From the human T2T-CHM13v2.0 reference genome, Homo sapiens, in the NCBI RefSeq assembly GCF_009914755.1, contig NC_060926.1: a stretch of 64,000 nt of DNA; one strand, given 5' to 3'. Both the position numbers and the translations under genes were made by a program. The notes beneath the pieces were generated by a model. That model was not told the DNA's origin. It saw only the letters and a program-made list of their open reading frames with translations, and ran no database searches. The stretch's first letter is position 1; each line of letters opens with the position of its first letter. Of this stretch, positions 1-13,724 are shown piece after piece.

Positions 1-318
1 GTCTCTGTATTTTATCCTTTTATTCTCATCTCTTACCACACCCGTTTCCTAGTCCCAGTAAACTCCCTGGAATCCCATATATCTTCGTGTTGAAGAAAAC
101 ACACACAGAATTTCTTTGGATGGCCTATTTGAACCTTTCTCTCATCTAACTTCCTAATTTCTAGGCATTTTTGAACACCTACGACAGATGCCATACATCT
201 CCATGAATCTTGCTAAAATCCCTGCGTTAGAATTGCTTAGCAATGTTTTTGTGCCTTTACAGAAAGGCACAATCAGACACAGCCTAGTTCATGCCATGTA
301 ATTTTATGGCAATCTGTG

Positions 319-667
319 TGATATGGTTTGGCTCTGTGACCCCACCCAAATCTCATCTTGAATTGTCATCCCCACATGTTGGAGGAGGAATCTGGAGGAA
401 GGTGATTGGATCATGGGGGCAGTTCCCTCCATGCTGTTCTTGTGATAGTGAGTTCTCATCAGATCTGATGGTTTAAAAGTGTGTGGCAGTTTCCCCCCCA
501 ACCCTGTCCTGCCGCCATACTTACCCTTCACCTTCTGCCACTATTGTAAGTTTCCTGAGGCCTCCCCAGCCATGGGGAACTGTGACTCAACTAAACCTTT
601 TTTATTTTAGTATAAATTACCCAGTCTCAGGTAGCTCTTTGTATCAGTGTAAAAACTGACTAGTACA
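319..667 (+). mobile_element. THE1/MST-type MaLR solo LTR (THE1D-like)
   Basis: Starts TGATATGGTTTGGCTCTGTG and ends ACTAGTACA, with the typical TTTCCTGAGGCCTCCCCAGCCATG core. 5-bp flanks CTGTG/CTATG form a degenerate TSD. Confidence 0.9.
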
Positions 668-1563
668 CTATGCATTATTATTCATTGTTTGTACATACCC
701 CAGACACCCACTCATCTACATATAACTTGGACCACATCTTATTCATCTTAATGCCCAGCATAGACAGCATTATAATAGATACACTGGTTTAATAACTTTT
801 TGATGAATGAATGAGTTTATAAATTAAACTCAATTCTCTATAGGTGGAATGAGAAAGTGGGACTCTGAAGTTCACCTCAACTATAAAAAAAATCCATTTA
901 ACTTTGCAAATGCATCTATTCAATGTTAACGAAGACAACAAAGAGTGATTATTTTACTTATTTTTTAAGTAATTAACAAAATTGAGCAGCACATGGGTCA
1001 CCTGGTAAATAGAAACTTTGCTTTGACAGAGATGAAGATGTAGATAATTAGATAAATGAAAGGGATTTGGAGAGGATTAGTTACTAGGGTAACCCAGGAG
1101 CAAGATATTATGATAATCTAAAACCAGGCAAATTTAAAAAGTGAAGACAATTATAACATGCTGAGCCAATTTTCTTATTAGTGAAAGAGGAAAATTTATT
1201 CTTCTGAATCAGCAAATATATGCGCCCAATTAGCTGAAAGCACAAAGTTAAACAAATGGGAAAATTCCTCAAGTAAATAGTTTAAGTTGACATATATGTA
1301 TTTCTTAATAAACAGTTACAGTTTCAGTTCAAGTTGCTGAACAAAAACTAGAATATTCAAAATGTTAATCGCAGTAAGAAACAGAGATTTGCATATAATA
1401 GTTAGGAAACAGTTCTTGTCTTTTTTTCATGTAAATGAGAGCCTTTATGACAGTCCCAGAGCTGACTTGCTCTAGTATCTTATTTTCCATAAAAATAGGA
1501 ATTGCCAGATTTGACAGTCTATCTTGTCACATCATAGGTCTTAATTTGATGTTTATAAAGAGG

Positions 1564-4500
1564 TGTCAAAAGACAAAATTACAACTAATTTAGTTTAAAG
1601 AACTAATTAGCTTTTATTTGCAATTCTAAAATCAGGTAATATGTCATGCTTAAAAATAGAATAAATGTTCTGCTGCGTGTGATCAAACATTTGGTTTTTA
1701 TAAGGTGAGAATAAGGGAAAAGAACAATAAATAAAGTGGATTCATTTATATCAGGCTATTATAGTTTACTAATAATTGTTAAAACAGAGGGAAAATTTGT
1801 AGTATGCTGACTCAGGTACACTGGCTCTTTCTGATTGATTGCCATGAATCTGTTTTCAGAAAATAAACCTGATCTATTTGATTATTTACCTGTTTCTTTA
1901 AATTTTCAAGTTGATTATGTGGCACGTAGCATGAGTAACTCCATTTTGGTTTGGTCTGATTTGCTGGGGCCTATTATATAAACTCATTCCAAAACAATGG
2001 CCTCTCATATTTTTATTTAACATTTCCCCGTGTTTAGTCAGGCCGTCACCTAAGTGCCAGTGTGACAAAAACTTAATATGTTATCACTACTCTCAGTTAC
2101 CACCATTCTTGGTTTTTAGCCTCAACATATCATTCATAGGTCACAGTGTCCTTGTTATATGTCGCTTTGAATTTTTGTTGATCTAGCCAAAGAAAGACCA
2201 TTTGATGTTCAAAGAATGGCTGCATGCAGACATTTAAAACTTTTGAGAGAATACAGAATAACAGAGACTACTATTACGATTATCAGAAGACTAATACAGA
2301 GCTTGGAGAATGCACACTAGCCAGGGTTCCCATAAAACAAATCAACTAAAATTTAATAGATCAAAGAATAAACCAGATTAGAAATCTACCCATATTAGCC
2401 AAGTAGCTTATTGATTAATTTTTTGCAACTGAGTTTCTACAATGCCCAACATACTTATATATGTGAATTAAGAAGTGTTAGCCACCTCACATCCCTTCCC
2501 TGTTCAGCCAGCAGGTAATTGAGAGCAATTCTCTTATCTAGTACAATTCTAACAAGAGAATTTAGAAAAGTCTGTTGTGCAACTATAGCTGTTGTAGTAG
2601 AGTTTGCTATAGAGGCTATTGTGAGAAATACATTTCTAATCCTTGACTCATTTGTACCTATTCCAAGCCATGGGAAAAGGTACCTGAAAAATAATGCTCA
2701 TCCAGAAGGGTTAATGCTTCCTGGCAATATTCTTCTCAACTTATGTTGTAGGTTAAGGAGAGTGAACCAATATTCTGCTTCTGACGGATTACGGAGTGAT
2801 GAAGGTACCATTAGAATTCTTAGCCCATACTGACCCTTCATTTGCCATTGGTCAAGTTTCCCAATGAAGCTAGGGATTTTGAAATTCTAACTACAGGGTT
2901 ATTCTGACAAGTGAAAGAGGTATGCATAAGCAAAGAAAAGATTGAGAGTAGTTAGAGTCTCATTATGACGGAGAGTCTTGTTCCAATGACTTGGGAAAAG
3001 CTGCCCACAAAATGACATCATCAACTTCTTGCCTTTGGTTGCAATTTGAATGTCTCTGGTTATAATATTGGATATTTCTGTGAATTCTATGAGTGGCTCA
3101 CACATCAGGTACAAGGGTTGTCCTTTGAAATTTACATTGACTTATCCATCTCTAGCTTATAAAGTTTCAAGGACAAAACAATTCCTGTTCCTTGTGATTC
3201 CAAGTCATGAAAGTAAAACAAACAAAAAAAATGGATTGGAGAAACCTGGAAGAATTCAGGATCCAGTCCAGTCTACAGGTAGATAATAAAAATTTAAAAA
3301 CAATGAATAGAGTTAAAATCTAATAACAGGTATACTACAGTTTTCTTCTGAAACATCATTTTTCTTTTTCTAGTCATCCTCATTTCTACTCAAATCTAAG
3401 ACAATCAGTAAGACTGATTGTTTGAAAAATAAGTTTAATCTCATCAAGCTTGTCCTGATTATTTAAGTAAGTACAGACAGAATAGTGATTGACCACATGG
3501 GCTGTTTTTAAGTTTGCTTTGCTGGAATTTTGTATAAGTAATCCCTGATTAGAATTTTAAAAGTTTCTCAAGGTTAGAAAGCCAAACCACAGCAGATTTC
3601 AGACTTTGCCTGTAGTACCTACATATTAGAATGAATTCTTCTCTTTTTGAAGTTTCTGAAATATCCTGGGGTTCTTGGGCCTGCCAATAAGTGAAATTTT
3701 TGTATTTGCTGTAAGGCTGGGAACCTTGAAGCCAGGTATCCTATTCACATTCTCAAATATGACATCCCAGTCAAAGCCTTGGTAATATAATCATAATTTT
3801 TAGAAATATATGCTAATATAATTTTTCATGTTTATTAACAGATCCAAATATATTTAACTTATCTACACTGCATAAACACAAGATGCCTAAATATATAAAC
3901 TTAAATGTATGTTTAGCAATTAAGATTTCAGCATTTTAACCTACTTAGAAATCACTCGGACATTTAATGAATATCTGTTACTTAACATAATATAAATTTA
4001 AAACTTTAAGTTACCAAAAAGTATTTTTGAAACCATGAAAGGTTCATTTATAAACTTTTATCCCATTTATACTCATCTAATTTACTTGTTTTTAATAATT
4101 ATGCTTGAGTTGCTCATGAAAATTTTTGTGAAACACTAACCATCACACCCAAACTTTCCCACAAACCCTCCTGTATATTTTGGAGCCATTCATCTTTCCA
4201 AGAAATTTATTTACCCTAAGGATATCTCTCTTCTTTACCCATGACCACTTTATCCACTCCAAAAGGAAACTGAATCGAGGGACCATTGCCTAGTTCTTGA
4301 TTAACCTTCCTGAGTATTACCCTAAGTGATTGTTCGCTAGTTTATTCATTGTAGTCTGTGACTTTTTGCTTTTAAATTGAGCTTCATTTTCTCAACTGGA
4401 TTACTGAGTTTAAAGAGGAGCCTATTAATAAATGGGAAAGGTATTTTCTATGCCTGAATTCAGCATAGATAGCTCTGAACTAGGGTGTGAACGTGGTGAA

Positions 4501-6381
4501 AGAAGAAAACTGTGTTTGCCTAAGGGTCTAGCTTTTATAAACACTTTATCTAGCTTTCTTTTTCCCTTTTGGGTGGAATGGTAACTAATTGAAAAGGTTT
4601 GCAGATTCAGTTTTTCTTATCAATTAATTCCTTTATCTTTTCATTTACCTTTTGTAAGAAATGTTTTGAAGAGGCAAAATTTTTTTGAAACCTTTTAAAA
4701 AGCTTTCGTACAGCAATTAAAATAGGTACCCCAGGGTGGACCTAATTTAAGAGTCCTTATTTTAAAACACATGCCTTAGATGAACAGTCTTGATCATTTG
4801 GAATGTCCTACATAATAGCCTTTGTAATTCTAAATTATCTCTGGTAAGATTTTGCCATTTTTGTAAGTGTTTGCAGCTTCTTGGGCCTAATACTTAACAC
4901 ATGTAAAGGGTAGGTGTAGCCAGAAGTTGGAGTACTCAGTTCTTTACATATTAAGAATTTTATTTTTACGTTGAATCTTGGGTCTCTTGGAGCCAAAATA
5001 AAAGACTAAAAAGAAAACACCATAGTGTTGGGTCCTGTAATGCTTTTACAGTGTTCTTTTATTGAACAGAAATTTCCTTGAGACCGGTAGGTGACCTGGT
5101 GTCACCTTTCCAGTTTCATGACCCAGCTTATCTTTTATTTTATTTTATTTTATTTTATTATTATACTTTAAGTTTTAGGGTACATGTGCACAATGTGCAG
5201 GTTAGTTACATATGTGTACATGTGACATGCCAGTGCGCTGCACCCACTAACTCGTCATCTAGCATTAGGTATATCTCCCAATGCTATCCCTCCCCCCTCC
5301 CCCCACCCCACAACAGTCCCCAGAGTGTGATGTTCCCCTTCCTGTGTCCATGTGTTCTCATTGTGCTTATCTTAACATGGGAGTCTTATTTTTAGTTGAC
5401 TAGTGGTCTAACAGCTTTTATGTGCCTGACTCATGTCCACCACTCAAGTCATGTCTTGGCTCGAAGATTGCCTTTGACCAACTTAGCCAACAAGTTCCCC
5501 CTATGTAAACATGCAAAACAAAAACAAGAAAAGGAGAAAAGTCAAATTTTGTTAAATTTCTGAAATCTGGATTCACACATCTCATGCCTTCATAGCCACT
5601 TAATGGAACCGCTATCCATCACCTTTAATACTCCAGTGACTGTCAGTGACCCATCAATCACCATGCAAACCCCCAAAAAGTCATGTGCTCTTGGTACAAC
5701 AAAACCATACACTCTCTCACAGCACAAATAAGTGGTGGATTCAAAAGCCAAAAATATCAGGGGGCTCAAGGCAAAGAGAGCAGAATTTGAACTCAAGAAG
5801 ATTTCACAACCCTCAAGATTTGGGGAGGAATCCCCAAAAAGGCGGTCAGCAGTGCCTCACCTGCATTCCCCAGGGGGCCTCGGGGTCTCCTTGGAGTCCC
5901 TTCATAAGTTGCCAGACATTTTCAGAAGACAAAATTACAACGAATTTAGTTTAAACATCTCATTGGCTTTTATTTGCTATTCTGGAAGCAGGTAACACCT
6001 CATTCTAATAAATAGAATAAGTGCTTTGCCCAGCATGACAGAACAGTTGGATTTTGGAAGGTGGGAATAAGGAAAAAGAACAGTAAAAAAAGTGGATATG
6101 TTAACATCAAGTTACTACAGTTTACTTTTCTTGTAAGATTTACAGCAGAGGGAAATTTCTTACTATGCTGAATCAGGTAGATTGGGATCTTTCTGATTGA
6201 TTGCTGCGAATCTTTGATTTTCAGAAAAACACTGGTCTGGGGAGTTACCTGCTTCCTTTAGGATTCAGTTAAATTATGTGGCACTTGACATGAGTAACTC
6301 CATTTTGGTTTTGTCTGGTCTGCTGGGGTCTGGTGCAAGACCTCAGTCCAAAACAATGGCCTCCCATAATTTTGTTTAACA
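1564..6381 (-). mobile_element. MER4-group non-autonomous ERV1 provirus (LTRs MER31/MER67-like; exact family uncertain)
   Basis: Two ~460-bp direct repeats (1564-2022, 5920-6381) share AAGACAAAATTACAAC...CATGAGTAACTCCATTTTGGTT...AAAACAATGGCCTC...TTTAACA. A PPT-like tract lies beside the left LTR (2023-2030). Flanks are GAGG/GAAG (4-bp TSD, 1 mismatch). The interior is AT-rich and non-coding. Confidence 0.85.
5135..5364 (-). mobile_element. 5'-truncated young L1 3' end (L1PA2-like) inserted in the ERV
   Basis: L1 3'UTR with GCTAGATGACGAGTTAGTGGG on the minus strand (GAG rather than the L1HS-Ta ACA) and a (TTTTA)n tail. Perfect TSD GCTTATCTT at 5126-5134 and 5365-5373. Confidence 0.9.
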
Positions 6382-7135
6382 GAAGTACCTCAATTTTACT
6401 TTCATCATAGTCTTCTTGATTACTATTGAGATTTACAGTCTCTTCATATATTCATTGTATATTTGCATCCCAATTCTGAATTGTGATGATATTTCTTTTT
6501 GTGTTTTTTTAGATTTGCTTCTCAACAACTTTAATTTACTACTCTTAAAGGTTTCATGGATTCTATTTTGGCTTTTGTAAAATTTGTCAGTCTAATAGCA
6601 TTTTTGTGTATGATTAATCTGGAAAAAAATAAATAATAATCTGGAAAAAACTGGCAACCATATTTTTTTTCCAAATCATTGCGTTATGAAATTCACTCTA
6701 CTTTCTTTGTGCTGGTGCCAGTAAGGAGGTAGACAACAGACAGTGTGAAATATCTTTCCTCTCTGGTAGTTTCTAAGATCTCCATATTTTGTATTCTGAA
6801 GCTTTCCTAAAATATGTGAACTTATTTCTATTTATTACATATAATATATGGAATTCTTTATGCCTCCAAGTTCTGAAGATTCATGCCTCTATCCAATTCA
6901 TGATATTTTTCTGCCATTATACATTGAAATATTGCTATTTTTGTTTTCTTTATTATCACATAGTTGTTGAGGGAGAAAAAAAATCTGTATTCCATCCCTG
7001 ATTCTTTTCATATACATGGGATCCTATTGATATTTTGCGCCATCCTTTGTCTACCTCCTTACTGGCACTAGCACAAAGAAAGTAGAGTGAATTCCATGAT
7101 GCAACAATTTGGAAAAAAAAAAGTATGGTTGACAG

Positions 7136-7490
7136 TTTTTTTTAAAGCTTTATTGAGGTATAATTAACAAGAGAAAATTGTACATATTTAAGATACACAA
7201 TGTGCTGTTTTGATACAAGTATTACTTGTGAAATAATTCCACAATCAAGCTGATTAACGTATGCTTTACTTCACATAGTTACAAGTGTGTGTGTATGTGT
7301 GCACGCACTTGTGCGTGTGTATGGTGAGAACACTTAAAACCTATTCTCTTAGCAAATTTCAAGTATACAATAGAATATAATTAGTGACAGTCATCATGCT
7401 GTGCATTAGATTCCCAGAACATGTTCATCTTGTAACTGGAAGTTTTTATCTTTTGACCAACATCTCTCCATCCCTGCCACGTCACTGCCT
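7136..7490 (-). mobile_element. L1MA-type 3' end fragment
   Basis: TTTATTGAGGTATAATT...CTTAGCAAATTTCAAGTATACAAT...TTGACCAACATCTC resembles the L1MA 3'UTR. Confidence 0.75.
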
Positions 7491-9374
7491 ATGGTGTTCA
7501 CTTCTTCACTAGTATCACTCTGGACCCATGGCTCTTCCTCAGACTCAGCTCAACCTTTTCACTTGCTTGCCCTAGAATGTTCTTCAGCTTTTGGCACAAC
7601 TGGCTTCTGTTTATCCCTCAGATCTCTGCTCTTCTTATACAAATAATTTTTTCCTAGAACTTGTCATTAGTTAACATTCTATTTCAGTTATATTTATATT
7701 TTATCTTCCCATTAGATATTATGCCTTGTGTGGCAGGAGTTGATTTGCTTGTTTACTGATTTTTCCTTAGAATCTTAAAAAAGTGTCTGGCACATGATGG
7801 GTATTAAATAAATATTGATCAAATGAGCAAATGACTGTTTATAACGTTTTATCATATATATTTAGTTGTAAAAAAGCTTTATGGTCTGTTGAGTATTTTC
7901 ATATACATTTACATTAAGTGGTTGTACTAAGGTTAGAAATCAAATATCTCATATTTAAAATCTTCTATTTTTTAATGTCAGAAATATGTAGTACTATATG
8001 TAAGGTTAATAAATATTATAATAACAGCTAGTAGTCATTGAACTTTTATGTAACAAACACTGTGTTTTAGAAATATCTTTCAGTCCATACTCAAAACAAG
8101 ATTGCTTATATTATTTACATTTTTGCTCTATTATATGGAAACACTATGACTGAGTGAAGTTAAATTAATTACCAGTGGTTACTTACATAAGGGTGAACCC
8201 ATTAAATAAAACAGATTTATTAGACTTCAAAACCCATGCTATTTACACTAACTATCTTTTCAGATCACAGTCCTATTTTAGCTTATCTCTATTAATAACT
8301 ACACAATTTATATCTACTTATATTTTTACGCCATTTTTATTCCATTCTAATATTCAAACACATTTTTCTTGTGTTTAATTGGTTTGAGTCTGAGACGAAC
8401 TTTAGGTGATTTATTTAAAAGTTGATTTAACTTGGCGGCGTTCTTTGGAGAATCTGTATTTAATATCTTAATTTTCCATAAATGCTCATTATAGTAGATG
8501 TTCTCTGAACAGCACTGGTTACGGCTCCTGTGAATGATCTCACACACTCCATGCTAGAACAGCAAGATCCACACTTCATTGCAAGGAGAGTAGTGTGTAA
8601 GCTCCGTAAACTTGCAAGACTTGGAAGGACATAAAACAGACTTAGGGATTTCATTCAGAACACAGAGTACTTTACTGCCGGGTGAGAATTGCATTGTGGC
8701 TGCACCAAAGACAGAGTTTTGAGCTCCTAGAAGATAGGGCTAAAGTGGCACCGGTCATCAATAATATTACACATTCCATAGTATGTCTTGAGCAGCTATG
8801 TCAAAATATGAAATGACTATGATACCATGGAATATGACATCCTTGCCTTGTATTCCAGTCTTATTGTCATCTCTTGAGGTTAGAAATGGTGTGAGAACTC
8901 ATGATGGGGTGAGAATGCTTGCTTTTCATGTCAATCAGTTAAAAAGCAAGTTAAAAGATTAGTATTTTGTGTTTGAGGCCATATATCCCCGGCACTAAAA
9001 TGGCTGCTACAAACAGACAATGACAAAAAAAACAAAACAAAAAAAAAAAAACAAAACTTGTGTTCTGATTACATCTTATGACTCATCATTTCTATTCTTA
9101 TCTCCCACTGAAGCTTCCACTCAATGCTTCAAACACACACACCTTCTCCTTATAGCCAGGCACCCCAGAACTATTAATGATCTTGCATAACGTATGCTAG
9201 CCCTCAGCCTAGAATATTCTTTCCCCTCTGGTAATGGTTGTAGGAATATTTTCACTGACAGCAGAGGTAGAGTTGACTTATAGGTTTTCCTTCTTTCAGA
9301 GTGCTGTAAAATGTCTTGTTTACCAAACTACCTCTCTGACTAGAGAGTGAACGCCTACAGAACAAGGCATATTA

Positions 9375-9446
9375 TCAGGCCAATGCAAAAGTAATTGCGG
9401 TTTTTGCCATGAAAAGTAACATCACAATTACTTTTGCACCAACGTA
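9375..9446. mobile_element. MADE1 (Hsmar1-derived MITE), internally deleted
   Basis: Inverted termini TGCAAAAGTAATTGCG / CACAATTACTTTTGCACCAAC with TA-rich flanks. Confidence 0.9.
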
Positions 9447-9583
9447 TAATAAATAATTATTGGTTTTCTTTGTATTCCTAACTTTGAGCACAATACATGA
9501 TATATAGAATAAGTGTGATAACTGATGAATGAGCGAATGAATGAATAAATGATTTTCAAGCATTTAAAATAAATGTAGGTTTC

Positions 9584-9889
9584 CCTAGAGGCCATTATCC
9601 CTAGCAAACTAATGCAGGAACAGAAAACCAAATACCACATGTTCTCCTGTGTAAGTGGGAGCTAAACAATGAGAACACATGGACACATAGAGGGGAACAA
9701 CACACACTGTGGCCTTTCAGAGGGTGGGGAGTGGGACGAGGGAGAAGATGAGGAAAAATATCTAATGGGTACTAGGCTGAATACATGGGTGATGAAATAA
9801 TCTGTACAACAAACCCCCATGACACAAGTTTACCTATGTAACAAACTTTCACTTGTACCCCTGAACTTAGAATTGAAGTTAAAAAAAAG
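9584..9889 (+). mobile_element. Older L1PA/L1PB 3' end fragment
   Basis: GAGGCCATTATCC...CAGAAAACCAAATACCACATGTTCTC...TGTACAACAAACCCCCATGACAC followed by an A-rich tail. Confidence 0.85.
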
Positions 9890-10000
9890 TAAAGTTGAAT
9901 ACTGATGGGAAAAGTTAGATCAGGAATGCTCTATACTATTTTCTGTTGAGTATGTTTCCATTGCCAGCAGGGAGAATAAATCAGTTTAGTGGGACAGTAA

Positions 10001-10058
10001 AGGACTTAGGACTATGGACTCTAGTATCTAGGACTTAGGACTATGGACTCTAGTATCT
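10001..10058. repeat. Perfect 29-bp tandem duplication at the start of a MIR-like fragment (~10000-10260)
   Basis: AGGACTTAGGACTATGGACTCTAGTATCT occurs twice (10001-10029, 10030-10058). Confidence 0.95.
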
Positions 10059-12161
10059 AACTTCTTGATTTCCAATCCTGTCTTAGTAGATACTTGCTCT
10101 GTGTCTTTGCACAGCTATTAAACTTTTCTGAGTTCCCAATTCTTCAATTTAAAAATGGAGATATTGAGAGTTTCTGTAATCAACTGGATTCAAGTCAAAC
10201 TTAAATTACATAGAATATGTAGGTATCTTTAGCACAATATTTAACTCATGGTAAAGGCCCAGAAATATGAATGGCTACAGAAAAATTATAATACTTACCG
10301 TCTTATTATGATTCTTCTCTAGGAAAAAACAAGTCTGGCCATCACTGTGTACAAAAATGTATTGTCTTAAATAATGGAAGGTTCTGATTTTTTCTTGCTA
10401 AGTCTATTAGTTACGCTTTATGATAGGGCATTGGTCTTTACATACTTGAAGTAAATATGTTGCTTAGTTTAATTAAAAAGATATGCCTGTGCCTACCCTA
10501 TCTCAGGGACTATGCTGGGTATACAGATTCAAAGCATAACAAAACATTCTCTTGCCCATAAAGAATTTATAGCATGGGGAGATGTAAAGGGCTGTTTAAA
10601 GCAGCCTGCAAAATTCCTGTTTTCTGAGAGGCCAGTCCAGTTTGTGCAGACTGTGGTCTCTTGAGTACCACGACTTGTGAATAGGCTAATTACACATTTT
10701 TACTGGATTTCTTCTGAAAAAGCTACCAGCCAGAGGACAATAAAGAAGTGTGCTGGGGCTAACATGCTTAGTAATCTTCATGGCCACAACAACCTTACCT
10801 ATGGGCAGACCTAGCATTTATTTAGAAAGCAAGAATGCCTGACTCTTCTCCTCGCTACTATAGGCTTTCTGATTACTTTCACATCTTTGTGAAATTTGCC
10901 AAATATTTTTGTTGTTGTAGTCAAGTTATGAGAACAAACAGCACTAATTAAACTTGGAAAAAATATACTCACACCAGGGATTAACTATAAATGTTCACTC
11001 TTTTTCTTTTATTTAATGACTGTGTGTGCTTTGAACTTGATAGTGGTTTTCACTCTGCAATGGTAGAGCAAAGAATTATTGGGAGAAAATATATAAAATG
11101 TCATACGTTAGGTGAAAAATAAGCAAAATATCATGAACAAGCCACTTTACCTTCTTTTTCTATAACAAGCACTAGAATGTTGCAGAAATAGTGTTACACA
11201 GCCTTGGTATATTCTCTGTGTCAGTGTATTTAAGAGTTCTTTTGTTGGAGACAATATGAAGCTAACACAATACTAAAACCAACTTAACTCACACTGTAGT
11301 CCAAATACACTTCTGCAGTAAGCATGTGAATGTACACACGTTCACACACATCATACATACATGCATACAAATGTGCACGCATGTGCACACGCAAGTATCG
11401 GTCAAATATTAAATACTAAACATCAGTGTTGTGTTTTTCTCCAAGTGCTCAACTTCAGCCTCTTCACACAGATACTTTAGTGCATCTCCTCTCAGTGATC
11501 ATAGGTTTTTAAACATCAACTCCCAAATTAAAGCAGTCTTCTGAATACTTACGTTTTTCACCAAAAACAAAAAAAACAAATTCTTCAGTAGCAATGGAAC
11601 AAAAGAGCACGTCTCAATTATAGACAAGGAAATGAGAAAAAGGCTTAACAGCCAGAACGCAACAGTTATCTTGATGAATTACCTTGATGAATTTATAAAT
11701 ATAGAAACATTAGCTACCCAGTATCTACAAAGTCTACCATCTATTAAACTGTTTACAATCACAAAATCCCATCATTCTATGAATAACTGTGAAGTACACT
11801 GTGACCAAACGAAAGTCTTATTAACTACAACACTTTCCCTCTGGAGTTAAATTTCAGGTGAAAAGTATCAGAAAGCTCCAGAAAACTGTGTTTTCCTTAT
11901 TGTGCTTTAATTATTTTATTGGATTATAATTTGGATCAAATAAGTCACATATCTTAAAGTTACATACATTCATTGAATTTAAACAAATCTGTAAACTCAT
12001 ATGACCACCACCTTAATTAAGATATATAAAACATCATCTTCATCCCCAAAGTTTATCTTGCCTCTTCCCAATTTCTACCAACTCCGGCCCCAAGCAACTA
12101 ATCATCTGCTGTAATTATATATTCTCTAGGTTTCCACATAAATGGAATAATACAGTCTAAT

Positions 12162-12296
12162 GGTTGCTCAGTATCAGTGGGTTATTGGTTCCAGGACCAC
12201 TGAAGATAACCAAATTCACAGATGCTCAAGTGTCTTATGTAACATGGTGTAGGATTTGCATACAACCTATATATCTTCCCATATACTTTAAATCAT
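12162..12296 (+). mobile_element. MER2 (Tigger-family DNA transposon) fragment
   Basis: ATTGGTTCCAGGACC...GATGCTCAAGT...ATTTGCATACAACCT...ATACTTTAAATCAT matches the recalled MER2 5' half. Confidence 0.75.
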
Positions 12297-12850
12297 ATGG
12301 TAAGTATTTACTAACTGTATAGGAAATTGCAAGACACTTTTCCAAAGTGTTAGAACTGCCTTACATTTCCACTACCATTGTATTAATATATGAATGCCAG
12401 TTGCTCCATTTTGCCCAAAAAACTTTGTGTTGTCAGTTTTGTCTCTTCATAATTAATAGTCAAACATAAAACAATGTTTAAATAATTTAAAGTTGAGTAC
12501 CTGTATTCTACCATCTAGATTGTACCATCATTTTTTTTAAAAAAAATCACATATCTATTCCTCTATCTCTCCCCCTACCCTTCCATTAATCTAACTTATT
12601 TTTGATGCATTTCAAGGTAAATTGCAAATTTTGACACTCTCCTCTGAAAAGTTTAACATTCAAATTATTAAATAGAAGTGAGCATTTATTTACATTTTTA
12701 AAATTTTAAGCCAAAATTTACATACAATTAAATGGACAAATAGAAGTGTACCATGCCGAGTTTTGAAAAAGGCTTTTAATTTTTCAAATAATTGGGAATT
12801 TTATAGATGTAATTTTGTTATTGATTTCTAGTTTCGAGACCCTAAAATAA

Positions 12851-13220
<370 letters not shown>

Positions 13221-13724
13221 TAAAATGGCCTATCTTTACTACTCTAGTTTCATTTGACAATAAAATTTATTCTGCCGTTGGTGATGGAATGGTCTAGAGG
13301 TATCAATTAAGTCAAATTGGTTAATAGTGCTTTTCAAGTCATATATATTTATTTATTTTATTTTTATGCATTGTATCAGTTACTAAGAAAGCATTGTTGA
13401 TACCAGCTCTAATTTTAGGTTCACTATTTCTCTTCTCAGTTCTAGCTGGTTGTGTGACATGAGTTTTGTAGCTGTTATGGTGTGCCTGAACGTCTAGCTT
13501 TTAAAACTCTTATTGATGAGGCAACTCATCTATCATTACAAACTTTCTATTTATCTTCATTGATATTCTTTGTTCTGAAGTTTACCTCTTTAATATTGAT
13601 ATAAGCACTTCTCTTTTCTTATGTTTAGTGTTTGTATCTGTTAGTTTTTATTTTCCATCTTTTACATTTCAGCTATATCTTTAAATAAAGTAGACTTGTT
13701 GTTGTTTTTTTATGGACATCATAT

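Noticed and set aside
5895-5915. PBS of the first provirus (TGGCAACTTATGAAGGGAC on the minus strand)
   Set aside because: It is in the right position but too degenerate to assign to a tRNA.
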